This document shows, piece by piece, positions 11,095 through 24,289 of a stretch of 64,000 bases of DNA. How positions within the stretch are numbered: position 1 is the stretch's first letter; each line of letters starts with the position of its first letter. The stretch is from Dicyema japonicum (lineage: Eukaryota > Animalia > Dicyemida). The DNA lies in contig RDEW01000007.1 of NCBI GenBank assembly GCA_011109175.1, positions 1,254,295 to 1,318,294 on the forward strand, given 5' to 3'. A program made the position numbers and the translations under genes. A model generated the notes under the pieces. The model saw only the letters and a program-made list of their open reading frames with translations, did no database searches and was not told the origin of the DNA.

Positions 11095-13459
11095 TCAAAT
11101 CTCTGCAATTGTGTCCATGACCAGCCTGAACTGAACCGCCTTCATTGCTTCCCTCTCCAAATTTAGTCTGCTCTGAGATCTTAGCACGCTTAGCTGATCA
11201 GGCAATTCCAGGCTGTTACCACGTGACAGAATCCATGGATGGCAAAGAACGTCAATGGCCTTAAACCTTTTGTGCTTTTCATTTTTGAGTAGATGGGAGA
11301 TCAAATCTTTGGCGGCTAAAACGTCACCAAAATTGTCTACAAGCTCCGATGTTATCCCAGTGAGGACGATGGAAGGAAAAAGATCCTCTTTTGATAATTT
11401 CAAAGAGATGGGTTTGTCGACCATCTGGAGATCGGAAGGGAGGAAATCCGACCATGAAAATATATGTAATGATTCCCAAAGCCCACAAGTCGACCTCCAT
11501 GCCATATCCGATTTCTTTAAGTATTTCAGGAGCCACATAAGTCGGGGTACCGCACACAGTAAAGGCCAAACAATTCGCTTCCATTGCAAGTCCAAAATCT
11601 CCCAATTTAAGGCACTTTGTCCCATTCGGTCTTCGATTAATCTAAAAGTAATCCAAAAGAACTACACGAGAATATTCTCAGGTTTGACGTCTCTGTGCAT
11701 AATTAGCCTTGAATGAAGATAAAACAAAGCATTAGCGATGTCCCTCACCATTTCTGAGGAGTCCTTTTCTGAGAATTTAGAGTTCGCCTTTATGTGATCA
11801 AACAAGTCCCCCAACTTTGAATAATCCAAACAAAAACCTCCGCCAATTCCATCACCATGAAGACTTCCTTGACTGTATAAAATTTTTCGTAAAGCTTTAT
11901 AATGTTTTCATGATTGCATTGACTTAAAATGTTGACCTCCTGTCGAAGGAGTGTTTCCTTCCCCACATACTTTGATTTGTCCACAATTTTCACCGCGAAA
12001 ATACCACCTGTATATGTTCATAGAAAACACCTGTCGTTATCTTCTTAGTTTTGTGGACCACGGCAAAGTGACCATCCCCTATTTTGCCAGATAAAATGTA
12101 GTCATCGTAGAAATTTGATCTCGTCTTTACGATCGCAGGTAGCTTGGTTGGTCGCTTCTAAACTATTCATGGAATATATTACGATTTTCAAATTCTGTTC
12201 GATAAATTTAGACAGCTCATTATTAGAAAGTTCAGCATGTTTTGACTGTGAAGTTGAATTGGGGGTCACTTTACTAATATTTGTTGACGGAAGAACGGGG
12301 CTTTTAGTTCTCTTGACTAATTTTGGGAAGTTTTCTTGGTCATTTTGCAGCCGTGAAACGTATTTTCTCTTATTTTTACTACAAATTAGCGGGATGTTAA
12401 CCTTATTTCTGTGATATGGTCAACCTGGGGGACCTTTTTCGAAATTTCTGGAAAAATGTTAAGTTTTGGGGATTTATCCCTTTTATGGCGAGGTTTTTCT
12501 AATTTTGAGGAAATTTTTTTCGTGTTCCGGTTTCTTGGGGATTTTTGATTCGTGAGATTTTCAGAAGCTTTCAAAGCCTGACTCCAACAACTAAGGAGGT
12601 GATCTGTGTAAGGTCCATCGTGGAAGATATTGATCAACATGCTGTGGATTACTCTAATTTTGGGGAAGTGATTAAGAGGGACGAATATGAACACATTTTC
12701 TCCGGAAAACAACTCTTCTGGCTTATTGATTATCCTTCCCCTGATTGAATATAACGTTCCAACCATTTTCCCCCTTCTGTTAGCCCGCGTGAAATAATCG
12801 GTAATTTTTTGTAAAGAATAGTGAATTGGCCGGGCTTTAGATATTGCTGTTTTAAAAGCAATGACATTTTATGTTGGGGAGGGGGGCCATACTGCCAGAT
12901 TATGATCACTTTGGAGGAGAGGGAGGGGTCTTGTCCTAGTTTCATTTCCCTCGTTTTTATTGTTTTTCTTTCAGCTGTAGAGGATTTTTTGGTTTTTTGT
13001 CGTGAATTCCATTCAATAACGTGGTTCAAATCGAAACGAGCATTTGCCATAGCTCTACTAAGGATGGGCTCTGAGAATATGACAAATATTGATATACCAG
13101 TAGCAAAAAATTTTTTGTTTTTAAGCCTCTCAAATCCGGAACAGACATAGTAAACTCCATCTCTTAGATCGGAAATGTGCCTGATTTGTTTGAGAGTTTC
13201 AAGACTGTAAATTCGATGTACTCCGTTTGGAATGTTGGAAGAAACAGGAAGTCTTTTAGTTAAGTGAGTTATCAAAGCCTGTCAATAAGCTGAAAGAATA
13301 CATTAAAACTGTAAATGCTATCTCTGGATAAGATGACAGTCAATCCGCAATAGAAGGGATCCCCATTTATTAGGAACTTGACCTAAACTAAGAAAAAGGA
13401 CAAACTGCAAGTGGTTGTGGAAATAATCCTTCTTTACTTAAATTCCTTTGGATGGGCAT
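11095..13459 (-). CDS. DCLK: doublecortin-like serine/threonine kinase (two DCX domains + CaMK-type kinase), multi-exon
   Basis: [13 protein letters not shown]...GVHRIYSL...YYVCSG (DCX1), second DCX-like segment, [42 protein letters not shown]; ATG inferred at 13459. Confidence 0.88.
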
Positions 13460-13777
13460 GACCTAAACGTACAGTACACATATCGAGCGCAAACGTAATC
13501 GGCATTGTGTTAAATTTACTTGCTAACCTGCACTGAATGGACGCATTTTTGACGGTCAGCAAGACAATAAGTGCAGAAAAAAATTGATTATTATGCTCGA
13601 TTGCACTTGACACGGCTAATTTAGACCACAAACTCATTGCAATCAGCAATATCAATTAGTTGCCAGGCTTACTCCACATTGTTCTACGTCAGCAAGGAAC
13701 GACCAACTAAATATCATATTTTAATACAAAAAACAAACAATTTTCACAAAAAACAATTTAATCAAGAAATTCACACA

Positions 13778-15094
13778 TCAAAACGAAAGTTTTCCGTTTG
13801 TGGTCGCAGATTTTTCAAGTTTGCTCACAAAACTGCGAAATAAGGACAGAGAGGGATCCAAGAAGTCGATGAGTCTAAAATACTAAATAAAACCGAACTT
13901 CCACTGGAAAGTGAAACCTTAAGTTCGTCCACAAGTTGTCTATGGTTAATAATCACAGCAAACCCGACGAAGGGGACATCAATTGGGTCAAAGTCATCAA
14001 TTTCATCAAAGTTTATGGGTACACAGACACGACCAGTCTTCGGGTGTACAGAAAATGGACTTTTCAGAAGATGGTTGAGTCCTCGACTGACTTCCACGTC
14101 AAGGCGAGGATAACAGAGTAATAGTTTGGCTTCAATGAGCCCCCTCTTCCATTTCCAGGAATCAACCTTGATATTGTTCACCGACCATTCTATGTGACTC
14201 CATCTGCGAGCGCTTGTTTCGAAACATAAAAGTTCTTCCATCATCTTTTCAGTGAATTCATCATTGTCAAACAAATCCAGGATTTTCCTGCAATCTTCTT
14301 CAGTTTTCAGACTATCCTGCCCATTCAGGGCATAGTCAATAAAATAAGAGTCGATCACTTCCAAGGCTCTGGTCAGACTAGGATGTAGAATATTCTCCCT
14401 GTCGCAAATTTCCCCAAACTGAACTTTGTGCTTTTTCTTTTCATTTCCCTTCAATCAGTTTATTTTAAACCCCAATGAGAGACAAGTACTCTGCTATAGA
14501 CCCTCGTGCTCTCTGGGACAAATACCGAGCTTTTTTATCGCAAACCCAGCAATGGAGTCCACGTCTACCTGAATAAACCCAAAGGAAATGGGAAAACCCG
14601 AAATCCTCTGAAAATAAAGCAGTAAATCACCTTTCAAGGCAGAATTTAATATTTTGGCGGCAATCACCAGCAGTTTCCAACAGAGGGAACACATGTCCGT
14701 CCCTTTGCAGCATTTTCTGACATCATCAAAGTCAGTCAGGTCGATATCGAAAACTAATTCCTTCTCCACAACTTCCATGACTCCGGATCTGACTGTTTTG
14801 TGATCCTTTGGTCTGAAATTGTAAACAGGACCAATATCAATCTTCCAAGGACATCTCTGCTGCACCGCCGACTGCATTTCAGGTGGATTGCTAAAAGACA
14901 AATGTCGACAGTAGATATCATCTTTTAATATAAAAGAGAACTCTCTGTTCGAGAACAGTGAAGACCCTTCAAGATCACAAATATGTTCTACCTTGGCCAT
15001 ATGAGAGCCATCGATAAATGTCAGAGTATGGATATAGCTTTTTGTAGTAAATTGACAAATATTCCCCAATGAACGTCGGGTCAAACTGATTCAT
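13778..15094 (-). CDS. PRIM1: DNA primase small (catalytic) subunit, multi-exon
   Basis: [71 protein letters not shown]. Confidence 0.95.
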
Positions 15095-15183
15095 ACCGCT
15101 CATTAATTTAAGTATTTTTTAAATTTAATTAAATATATTAATTCTTTGGCACTTTTTTATAATGTTTTAGAAATAATTTTTTC

Positions 15184-15241
15184 TCATGTGATCCACTTGT
15201 CTCAGAAGACGCGCACTGCCTAGCCGGCATCAAAAAGGATC
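15184..15241 (+). ncRNA. HDV-like pseudoknot motif, 5'-truncated orphan copy B
   Basis: TCATGTGATCCAC...TGCCTAGCCGGCATCAAAAAGGATC; P2 GATCC/GGATC and P4 TGCC/GGCA, P1 5' strand lost. Confidence 0.45.
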
Positions 15242-16083
15242 AATCTTTTCCTTGTTCTACTGGAGGAGATCTCATGTGGATATGGATGGACGTGATGTTC
15301 GGAAAGGAGACATCTTACTCCGACCATAGAAACTGTATATACCTTAATTAGACGTTAATTAACTCTCAACCTTTTTTTCAGTATATCAGGAGTTATTGAA
15401 TAAATATTTTTTTCTCACCGCTACCCCCACTATTGTTAACTTATTCTTGTGTGAATTCCCTACGTAAGCTAATGAAAATATCCACATTACTGACGCCGAT
15501 GACATTGTACTGGACTTAATTTTCCTGGACATTTAGATTGATTCGCAAGAATGCATCTGCGCTTATTCAGAATAAGGCGTACAGAGTGACGGAAAACTCA
15601 ATTACTGGAAGGAAATGTCTACTAATTCCTCTCAAAACCTTAATTCGTCTAAACGGAACTGTGTGCCAGCTACAACGTGACTTCTATATCCATCACGACC
15701 TTGTGTGTGCTCAAGGGGAAACACTAAACCAAGTTGAAGAAACTACTGTATCATGTCTGGATCAAATTTTATTAGCTAGCACATCAAATTATCCGAGAAA
15801 TCACATTTGTAATAAATACGGCAGCTCAGCCTCTCTACAAATTACCGACAACGATTCTATTTAACCCCCGGATACATCGGAAAAAGGTTGAGTTAATAAA
15901 TTTCTAATTATGGTATGCAATTCCCATGGTCGGAACGAAAAAGATCCTGTCCATCCATATCCGCCATTGTAGAAACCTCTCCAGAGAGTAGGGAAGAGAT
16001 ATATCCTTTTACTGTGAAATAATCTAAAATAAAAAAACCACAGGTGGTAAGAATAATATTAACAAAATAAAAGTATAATGAAA

Positions 16084-16848
16084 CTAAATATGGTCAATAT
16101 AAGGTGCAGAGATGCAATCCGACAAATCTGTTCTCAGAGCCTTTGAATACTCGGCGACTCCGTACTCATAATATTCGATGGAACGAGTAATCACAGACTT
16201 CTAAAAATCACTGCTATTAATAACATGATGTGTCTCCAGAAGGCGTACTTTGTCGCTTACTCTCATCTTTAGGTTCTCAAATGCCCAGATGTTGGCCTCG
16301 GATTCCTCATATGCCCCACATCGAAGTCTAGCCATGTCACACTGTTTGATTGTGTCGAGTGTATCGGGTATGGTCTTGTACAGAGAGTTTCCAAGCTGTC
16401 AATAGCAAAGTTAATAATGGAGACCATCTTCTGTCCACTCTTCACAATTCTGAGTGCAAGGGGCTGATCAGACACAGAACAAGTTCCGAAAATTTCCCTT
16501 CCACATTTGCATGATAGTTCGTACAGTTTCTGTTGACTTTGAACCATATTTGAAAAGTTCTTCTCAAATTCTTTCATTTTGTTGAGAAAAGCTTGACTGT
16601 TCTCTTTAACAATATTGGCCCTCTCCTGGTACGCCTTGTACATCCCATCATTGAATATTGGGGTGATCATTCCAAACCTTAAGTAAATAATTGTACAACC
16701 TTTCCATCATTTTTTGTTTACTGCAGAGACAGTAGTCCGTGATCCAATTCTTCACATTTATGTAATAGTTTGACGTAGAAATGTTTATTGGATCAGTGAA
16801 AATTGAAGGTAAATCTTTAGGATAAAGACTATCATAAGATTCACTCAT
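16084..16848 (-). CDS. arfaptin-like (AH/BAR domain) protein, multi-exon
   Basis: VKNWITDYCLCSKQKMMERFG resembles arfaptin [21 protein letters not shown]; C-terminal NLKMRVSDKVRLLE helix; frames joined by ~22-24 nt introns. Confidence 0.6.
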
Positions 16849-17399
16849 AATTGCTGTTTATTTATAAATTTATTTTTTTAAATAAAAATATTATTTATTA
16901 AATATAAAATTTATGAAATTAGACAACGCATGTTTTTCTGGTTCAATAAATTTAATTTAATGCGCTTTCGGAATTGTTTCAACAACCAGAATCGAACTTA
17001 CCTAATGAGGCTGGCGAACAGGTAACGAGTGAGACTTAAATGTTAAAATATTAACTTTTTTGTTGGTTAAATATAGCTGAGATTTAGAAGTTATGAATAA
17101 GCCATTCAAACACAATATGAAATACTGAAACACGTTTTAAAGACGAGTTTTTTTTAATTAAAAAACTGGACGCCCCTGGTTTGAAGAGAAGATGAATTAA
17201 TTGAGACAGACTCTACCAATTTATACTAGTCAATTTTTTTTAAATTAAAATAAATTGTTTTTTCATAGCATTTAATAAAATAATCAATTAACTTTGTAAC
17301 GTAGTGTTATCGATTTGATAAATATTTGATTAAATAAATTTAAAATTTAAGTTTCATGCTTGTTAAACTATAATGTTCTACTGTCAGATCGAGGCCCAT

Positions 17400-17790
17400 C
17401 CTTTCCAAACATCACATCCATCTATTTCCGCCATTGGAACCTCTACTGTAAAGTAAAGAAGAGCGAGATCATTTTAGTACGCCTACCAGGCGCTGACCAT
17501 CTCCTTGGACAGGTAGATCACACGAAACTTTTTATTTTCATAAAATGCAAATACGAAATTCCTAAGAAAGAATCTCAAATCATCTTTTCGGTTCTTGTTT
17601 AGTTTTCAAGGTGACTGTCTTCCTTCCCAATCTTTTGTCAGAGGTAAATAGTGACGTAGACGACTTCTCTACATTCATCATGAGCCGGTTTTCCATTATC
17701 CAGGCATTAAGCCTGTCCAGGTTAATTTGTATTCTTTCTGTGACCTTCTGGATGTCCTACTTGTGGAATCAGTACATAACATTATTAGAG
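17400..17790 (-). mobile_element. APE-LINE RT fragment
   Basis: Manual translation INLDRLNAWIMENRLMMNVEKSSTSLFTSDKRLGRKTV. Confidence 0.75.
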
Positions 17791-17899
17791 AGGTGTCAAC
17801 CACGTCAGTATCGATAATTATAAATAATAAATTGATAATTAATAAAAATTTAAATTTATGTTGGTAAAATTAATTATATTTAATAACCAATAGTAATAT

Positions 17900-18860
17900 G
17901 TATTCATTCAGTCATGACGATGCAATTGAATGTAAATCTAGCCTTTTATCAACAAGTTCCATATTTTGCAAATTAGCTACACTCCTAAAATTGATCAGTC
18001 CTATTTTCATAATATATTTCGCGGGAGGTGAGTCTGCAAAATAAGTTTAGGCCTGTGGAATCTCAATAAAACCTTCTTTGAACAGCCGGTCATCAAATTC
18101 ACTAACCAGGTTCAGGTGAACATATTTAACGGTGATAATATCAAACAGTCTTGTTTGTCCTATCAGTTTGAAAAGCAGTCGTGTGATATGTCCTTTGCTG
18201 TATTAATGTGATGATATTCAAGTATGGGGAACATGGATCCGGCTTGGAAGTTAATATTGATCTTTTCGACAGCAATTTCGATTATTTTGTTGTATTTTTT
18301 GTTTTCGACGTCCAACTCAAGGTTTCAGGTTCCTTGTAAGGACTTAGACTCAAATTGGAGTTAATATGCAAGCTATTTCGACCTTCAAAGCTCATAAATC
18401 TCCGAGTTTAAACGAAATTGAAATATGGAGCAGATTAAAGATCAAGCAAAGTTCTCCTTTGATGGCAAAAAACGGTAGCATACATTTCACGGATATACTG
18501 TCTTCTTTGTCCCCCGGTAAAACCGTTAATATTTCATCGAATGAGTTTGTGCTAGAAAATAATAGGCGAAACCCGGGTACATTTCAGTTTGACTTTAAGT
18601 TCTCCTTGACTTTGGTAGATCGATTATTAACGAGAAAAGACAACTTCCAAGTTCTTATACGAACATCAAATTCCACATAAGTTATCCATTCAGTAGAATT
18701 CGGTTGTCATCAGCTGTTTATCGTAGAATGCGTCCTGGGTTTGCACAGATCATGCTTTACTTGTGGACTCAGTACTGGCCGATTTATTTTATTATTGGGA
18801 AAGTGATTGACGTGTTGACCTCGTACCTAATTAGTCGTCAGTTGTTGTCTTGGGTGTCCT
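17900..18860 (-). CDS. possible uncharacterised multi-exon gene
   Basis: Several 30-60 codon open stretches separated by short GT...AG segments; no recognisable family. Confidence 0.25.
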
Positions 18861-18983
18861 ATAAACATTTGAGTTGATTTTTGGTAATAATACGATTTCC
18901 AAAGATTTTTTTTATAAATTACAAAATCCTACCACAAATTACCATAAAACAAGATTCGCAGTTCGAGAATTATAGGGTTTCCC

Positions 18984-19164
18984 GTCAATATCAGAATTTA
19001 TTTATCCCCTGTTTCTTCGAATGAAGGAAATTGGTGACTCACAGGAAAGTCACAACCAAGAGCGGACGCTCTCAAAGATCTGTCAGGTGTATTCGATGTG
19101 GCTCAGAACTTGAAGGAGGACCGGACAAGAGGTGGTACTTCTGGTCGTGCAGTCAATATCAGAA
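18984..19164 (-). mobile_element. 155-bp retroposed 3'-end insert with 13-bp target duplication
   Basis: GTCAATATCAGAA at 18984-18996 and 19152-19164; body related to 23760-23900, 30782-30960 and 38795-38870. Confidence 0.75.
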
Positions 19165-19689
19165 ACGGTTAATACTAATAATTGTACATTTTTCCCAGTT
19201 CTTCGACTGAGGCTTTTTCCAGGTTAAGGTTTCGAATCGATGGGATTCAAACTCCGTTGAATATTCAAAGACAAAGGATTTCATTCGTGCTTAAGTGAAA
19301 TCCGAGTGAGAACGGAAGAAAACGCTAAATAAAAGCTTATAAATGCTTTTCAGATGAAAACGATCTTTGATGAGGAATATAATTATGACCACATTAGTGT
19401 GAGATTTGAAGTTACAGAAAATTTGAGCGCAGGAAGCATTGCTTTTTGTTGGGAGTGAATATCTGTAACGGATATTCTTTTAATGAGTATCTTGTAAAGA
19501 ACCGGATCGAATGCCTCTGTAATATCCTCGACCAAAAGTCAATTCTTCAGTTTTGTTTTGATGCGTTAAACCTTCCAACAATAAATTGTGAAAACATGAT
19601 AAAGGCTGCTGACGCAAAAAGAAGGGCTCAAAACGCGTGCTGGAAACAAGATTATGGATTGAATCAGATAAACCAAAGAATATTATGTT

Positions 19690-21250
19690 ATCTAAGGTGC
19701 CGTTTGTGCCACGCGATTTAAGATCTCCTTTACTAGACGTTTCCAGCTGGATCTGTCAGCGGCATGCGCCCGTAGGTTTTCTAGGTCGTCTGTACATTCC
19801 AATTTCTTTCCAATCTTATTAAGATCCTTGTTGAGGATCACAGGGAGAGTGACCCTTCAGGCTTAATCCCGTAAAAAGTATAATATTCAATTTGGATACA
19901 TAGTTTCATTATGTGACTCGGCGGTAGATCACTTGAGACTTAATCGAAGACTTTGAAGGAGTTTCGATAACTTTGAACCAAACGTGTACGAATCGACATA
20001 TTGGCTAAAGCCTTTTCAATTGGCGAGGTCATAGTTGATGGTTTGAAGAAGTTTTGAGCCCGTATTTATCTTCAAGAAGATCGGATTTTGGTTACTCATT
20101 GTGTCGTATTCGAAAGACCAGCTGAGTGAGTGATCGGGGATGATTTATCAATATGTAGAGTAGAGGTTCTTGTATGGCAGGTCGGATTGTTTACTATGTC
20201 CAGATCCTTGATTAGAAAATTCCCCTTCGAATAAGCTTGTCATGTAAACGAAAGATGTTTTGTATTTAAGTTTCCTTAAATGATCAGGGTCTTGAGCGAA
20301 AAAAGGACGAAATTATGGAGCAAAAGCTTTGGAGGAACTGAAAATATCGAAAAGGAACTTGAAGACGCAAAAGACCTTGATTACTTTGGAGTGCTTAAAA
20401 TACTAATAAGCTGATAAGTGGGAGATGTGTGTTATTCAATATGAGAGATTCGTGGGAATTGGAATTTCGTAGTCGAGACACTATCTAGGAGACGTTTGTG
20501 GAAAAACAGTGGTATCCTCGGAAGGAATTCCGTTTCGTATAATAGTAAACCTCCTCCAACTTTGTCCACGTCTGTTAGACCGGATTCTCCGAAGTTTGGA
20601 CTTCCGTAATAGTAAATTATCAATGTGGTTATCAGTTCGATTTTCTTGATTTTTTAGTTGGTCGATTTTATTGTCCGTCCTTGTGGGTTTATCCTGTTTG
20701 GGGGATAAGGTAGATGTTCTCTTATCTTATGGAACCAGGACTACGGGTAGTTACATGACATTTAAGTCACTTTTAATAAACACACTTTGGCATTGCCATG
20801 GAAACGACAAAACACGGTTAACTAGAAAAACTAATAGCAATGTCATTCTCCCCCAAATGTTCCTGTACGATACAAGTTTATGTAATTTACCTTCCATCTC
20901 AGAGATGGCTCCCAATCGGTACATCGATCACAAAATCGAAGAGGGTCTGATTTAAAAAAAATTTTTTCCATAGTCACGTTCTTCTGACATTCTATGTTCA
21001 AAAAGCCTTCATAACCCCTCCATGAATTCAATTAGGGATGGGGACACCCTTATTATGGTGTATTCGATGGTGTTCGATATTCTGAGACGACCATGAGAGG
21101 ACAGTGTTTGCCTTATTTTTTCCGAGTTCGTTCCTTTTGCTTTCATTGGAAGACGGAAGAGTGAACTAACAACGACGCAACAAATCTTCCAAAACTTTGG
21201 GCCTGCAATGAGAAATAAATCTCGATCAGTAACTTGTGGCAGAAAATATT
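19690..21250 (-). mobile_element. decayed RTE-like LINE (RT and 3' end)
   Basis: 3' end LRAHAADRSSWKRLVKEILNRVAQTAP* matches the 52060 copy; upstream heavily degenerate. Confidence 0.55.
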
Positions 21251-21993
21251 AATTTTCCATTAAAATTTTAGTTTTACTAATAGTGATGAGTTTTACTGGC
21301 AAAAATTGTCCTATTCAGTACATTTGAACGATATCTCATGAATCCGTCACCTCGTCCACGATCTCGAGAAGAATGAGACATGGGCTCTCATCTACCATGA
21401 ATAAAATAAACATTTCATGTAGGAGATAATCACCACCTCAATCATACAGCCAAACAAATACAAACGGAATCTGTAAATTCAAAGTCAATGTGTGACAGCT
21501 ACTTCGCTTCACGTTTTAAATTTTCTGCTCATTTTAACCGCCAAAATAAATAAATGTTATTTAAGCAAAGAAATCTCATATAGACCATTTTCGTATAATA
21601 ATAAAAATATATTGATTTAATCTAAAAAATGTCAGGTATGAAAGTATGAGTCACAAGAACAATAAATATTTTATTGTGAAAGTCATCAGTGTGTAAGTCA
21701 CACTGAGGATTTTCGGAATTTTTGAAGCAGCTATAGGCACGATTAGACGTGAATAGAGTGAAGGTAAATTTTGATGATGACAAAGAGAGTTGATTATGAT
21801 CTGTTCCTGGAAGAGATGATGAAATCTTCTACATAAGGCAAGAGTAATAGACTTAGACCATCAAACTAGTGGACTTCATGAAAGAATAAATTGAATAACA
21901 TCAGGTTAAAAATAATAATATGATCTTTAATACAATATATAAAATAAATTGAATATAATAATTAAATAACGCGGGATTAAGTGACATAAGGTG

Positions 21994-23382
21994 ATGGGAA
22001 TTAAAGGTCTTCACAAATATTTATCATCAATAACAAAAAAGGCCAATCTGAAGCAATTTTCCGGTCTTCGAGTTGCTGTGGATGCAAATTGTTGGCTTCA
22101 TCGAGGCACTTTTTGCTGTATCTCTGATCTATTTCACGAAAGGCCAACTACAATGTAAAAAACTTCTAAAACTTACAGGTACCTCAAGTTTTGCTCCAAG
22201 ATGATCAAATTGTTAACGGATAACAAAATAATCCCAATCTTAGTTTTTGACGGGCTTTCATATCCACTTAAGTCCGAAACTAATGAAAAGAGATCAAAGT
22301 AAATGACATTTAACCTTTAAGTGACCGAAAAACTAACCGTGAAATGGCCTTCAAACTTCTTAGCAAAGGCAAGAAAGGGGAAGCCTATGAGTTTATGCGG
22401 CGGTCGGTGGGAATCAACTTTTCCATGGTTCAGGAGTTTATTAAGGTTTATATTGGTGGAATTCCAGCTTTGTGTCGAACTGGGAATTGACTACATTGTG
22501 GCACCATATGAAGCCGACTCTCAGATCGCCTATTTGTGTAAAACAGGGACCGTAGACTTTGCCATATCTGAAGACTCGGACCTGTTAGCATTTGGCTGCT
22601 CCAAGGTGCTATATAAACTGGACGATTCTGGATCCGGAGAATATGTGGACATGAGTAAAGCTGAGAAGATCTTCAAAAGTGCATTTGAGCACACCACTTT
22701 CCTAAAAATGTGTATTTTGGCGGGCTGTGATTATTTGCCGTCACTCCCTGGAATCGGAATTGTCCGTTCTTCTACGATTATGTTCCGCAATGGACTCAGC
22801 GTCGGTGGAGATGTAAAGAAAGTTACCCCATTTGCTTATTTTAGGAAATTATAGCCAAGGTTAGAGCTACTTTCCCTAACTCCTTCTCTGAGAGTCAATT
22901 GACGGACTATTCTTCTCAGTTTTCGGTTGTCTATCACGCCTTTTTCTATCAGCCTGTATTTGACATTATTACCGGGTCTATGACTTATCTTAATCCTCTG
23001 TCCGAGACAGCTGATTGCAATATGTCCAATGAGTGGTATTGTGGTCTCTTATCGAAGTATTCTTTCTGACGACTACGCGCTGAATGTGGCTTTGGGGAAT
23101 GTGAATACAAAAACAGGGGATGTTTCTGGTCGCGTTTTTTCGATACCGGTGATTTGAAATTGTAAGGTTTAGACAAGAGGGGACTCTATTTGGAGTTCTC
23201 TAAAAAGTATGACGAGAGACCCGTTGAAGAGCGTGAATAAGGAGATGGTCAAATCACCTATTGTCAAAAGGAAAGTTCGTAGTAAATATTTTGCCAATAA
23301 TGGGGATACAACAGACTCCCCTAGTATTAAGTTATTTAATCATTTAGATTTACGGTCCAAGAAAAGAAAGCTTGATTTGTAG
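21994..23382 (+). CDS. EXO1: exonuclease 1 (XPG/Rad2 family), multi-exon
   Basis: MGIKGL, VAVDANCWLHRG, ILVFDG, YIVAPYEADSQIAYL, AISEDSDLLAFGC, MCILAGCDYLPSLPGIG; ends KKRKLDL*. Confidence 0.92.
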
Positions 23383-23759
23383 TTAAATGGTCTTTTTATT
23401 GAAACATGCGTTTTGTTAAATTTGTATATTTGGTGGTATATGGTAATACGGAGTAAATATAAGTCCTGGTTGAGTAGTAGTTGAATTCAGGCGTTTGTGT
23501 GACGTTTAGCTGTGGATTCGATTCTCTAACAGCTTGTCGAAGGTTTCCTTTCTGCTCTTTGGCTTCTTCATCTCATAAGAGGTGTCATTAATAATATGAT
23601 GACGGCTATTCTCTTATATTACCTATTTCGTCATTTTTATAAAAAAGACCACAAGTGGACGACTATAGGATCTTGACAAAACACAGATCCCCCAACATGG
23701 CTCAGTGTTCTTCCCTAGAACCCATAATGGACAAAGACTTCCGCAGTTATATTCCTTAT

Positions 23760-23900
23760 TGTTATTTATTGATTTACGTAAACTCCCTTCAAGTGAAGGA
23801 AGAAGGAGGCTGACAGGAAAGTAACTACCAAAGCTGGTCGGTTCCAGAGATCTGTCAGGAATATCTGGTGCCAGGGTGTGAGAAGATGTGGTCTGTCTTG
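23760..23900 (-). repeat. retroelement 3'-end repeat (AAAGTAACTACC core)
   Basis: Aligns by eye with 18997-19151 and 30782-30960. Confidence 0.55.
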
Positions 23901-24289
23901 TGGTCGTTTAGATGGTATTGAGACCATAACGATGAAGCTGATCGTCCGATACTGTTTATATACCGCGGTGGACATGAACTTCCCGGGGATAGGGAAGCTG
24001 CCATCAAGGTTTTGCTGCATGGAGAGATAATTGAAAGTTCCAAAGTAACACCAAACTAATATCTCATGTAATTCCGACAAGTTTTAACAGAGACCTCGAT
24101 TCAGCCTGATCCTCCTCCCTCGAGCCCGCACAATCACGTATCTGGCTTACAGCCGGATGTCGTCTTTGAATGGACACGCACCTCGGTTCTGAGTCCATTT
24201 CCATAAGCCAATCGCTTACTATTATTATAAGCAATTATGCTATTTATTACCCCGGGTTTACAATCTTTTGTAAGCCCAGTACAAACAGT

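Noticed and set aside
11255-13150. Long plus-strand ORFs (11255-11716, 12821-13150) and similar ORFs opposite other genes
   Set aside because: They are antisense shadows of DCLK and other genes or RTs, with no motifs of their own.
15400-16000. Plus-strand ORF 15538-15864 as a host gene or the missing SMC2 C-terminus
   Set aside because: There are no SMC motifs or recognisable domain, and too little support to call a gene.
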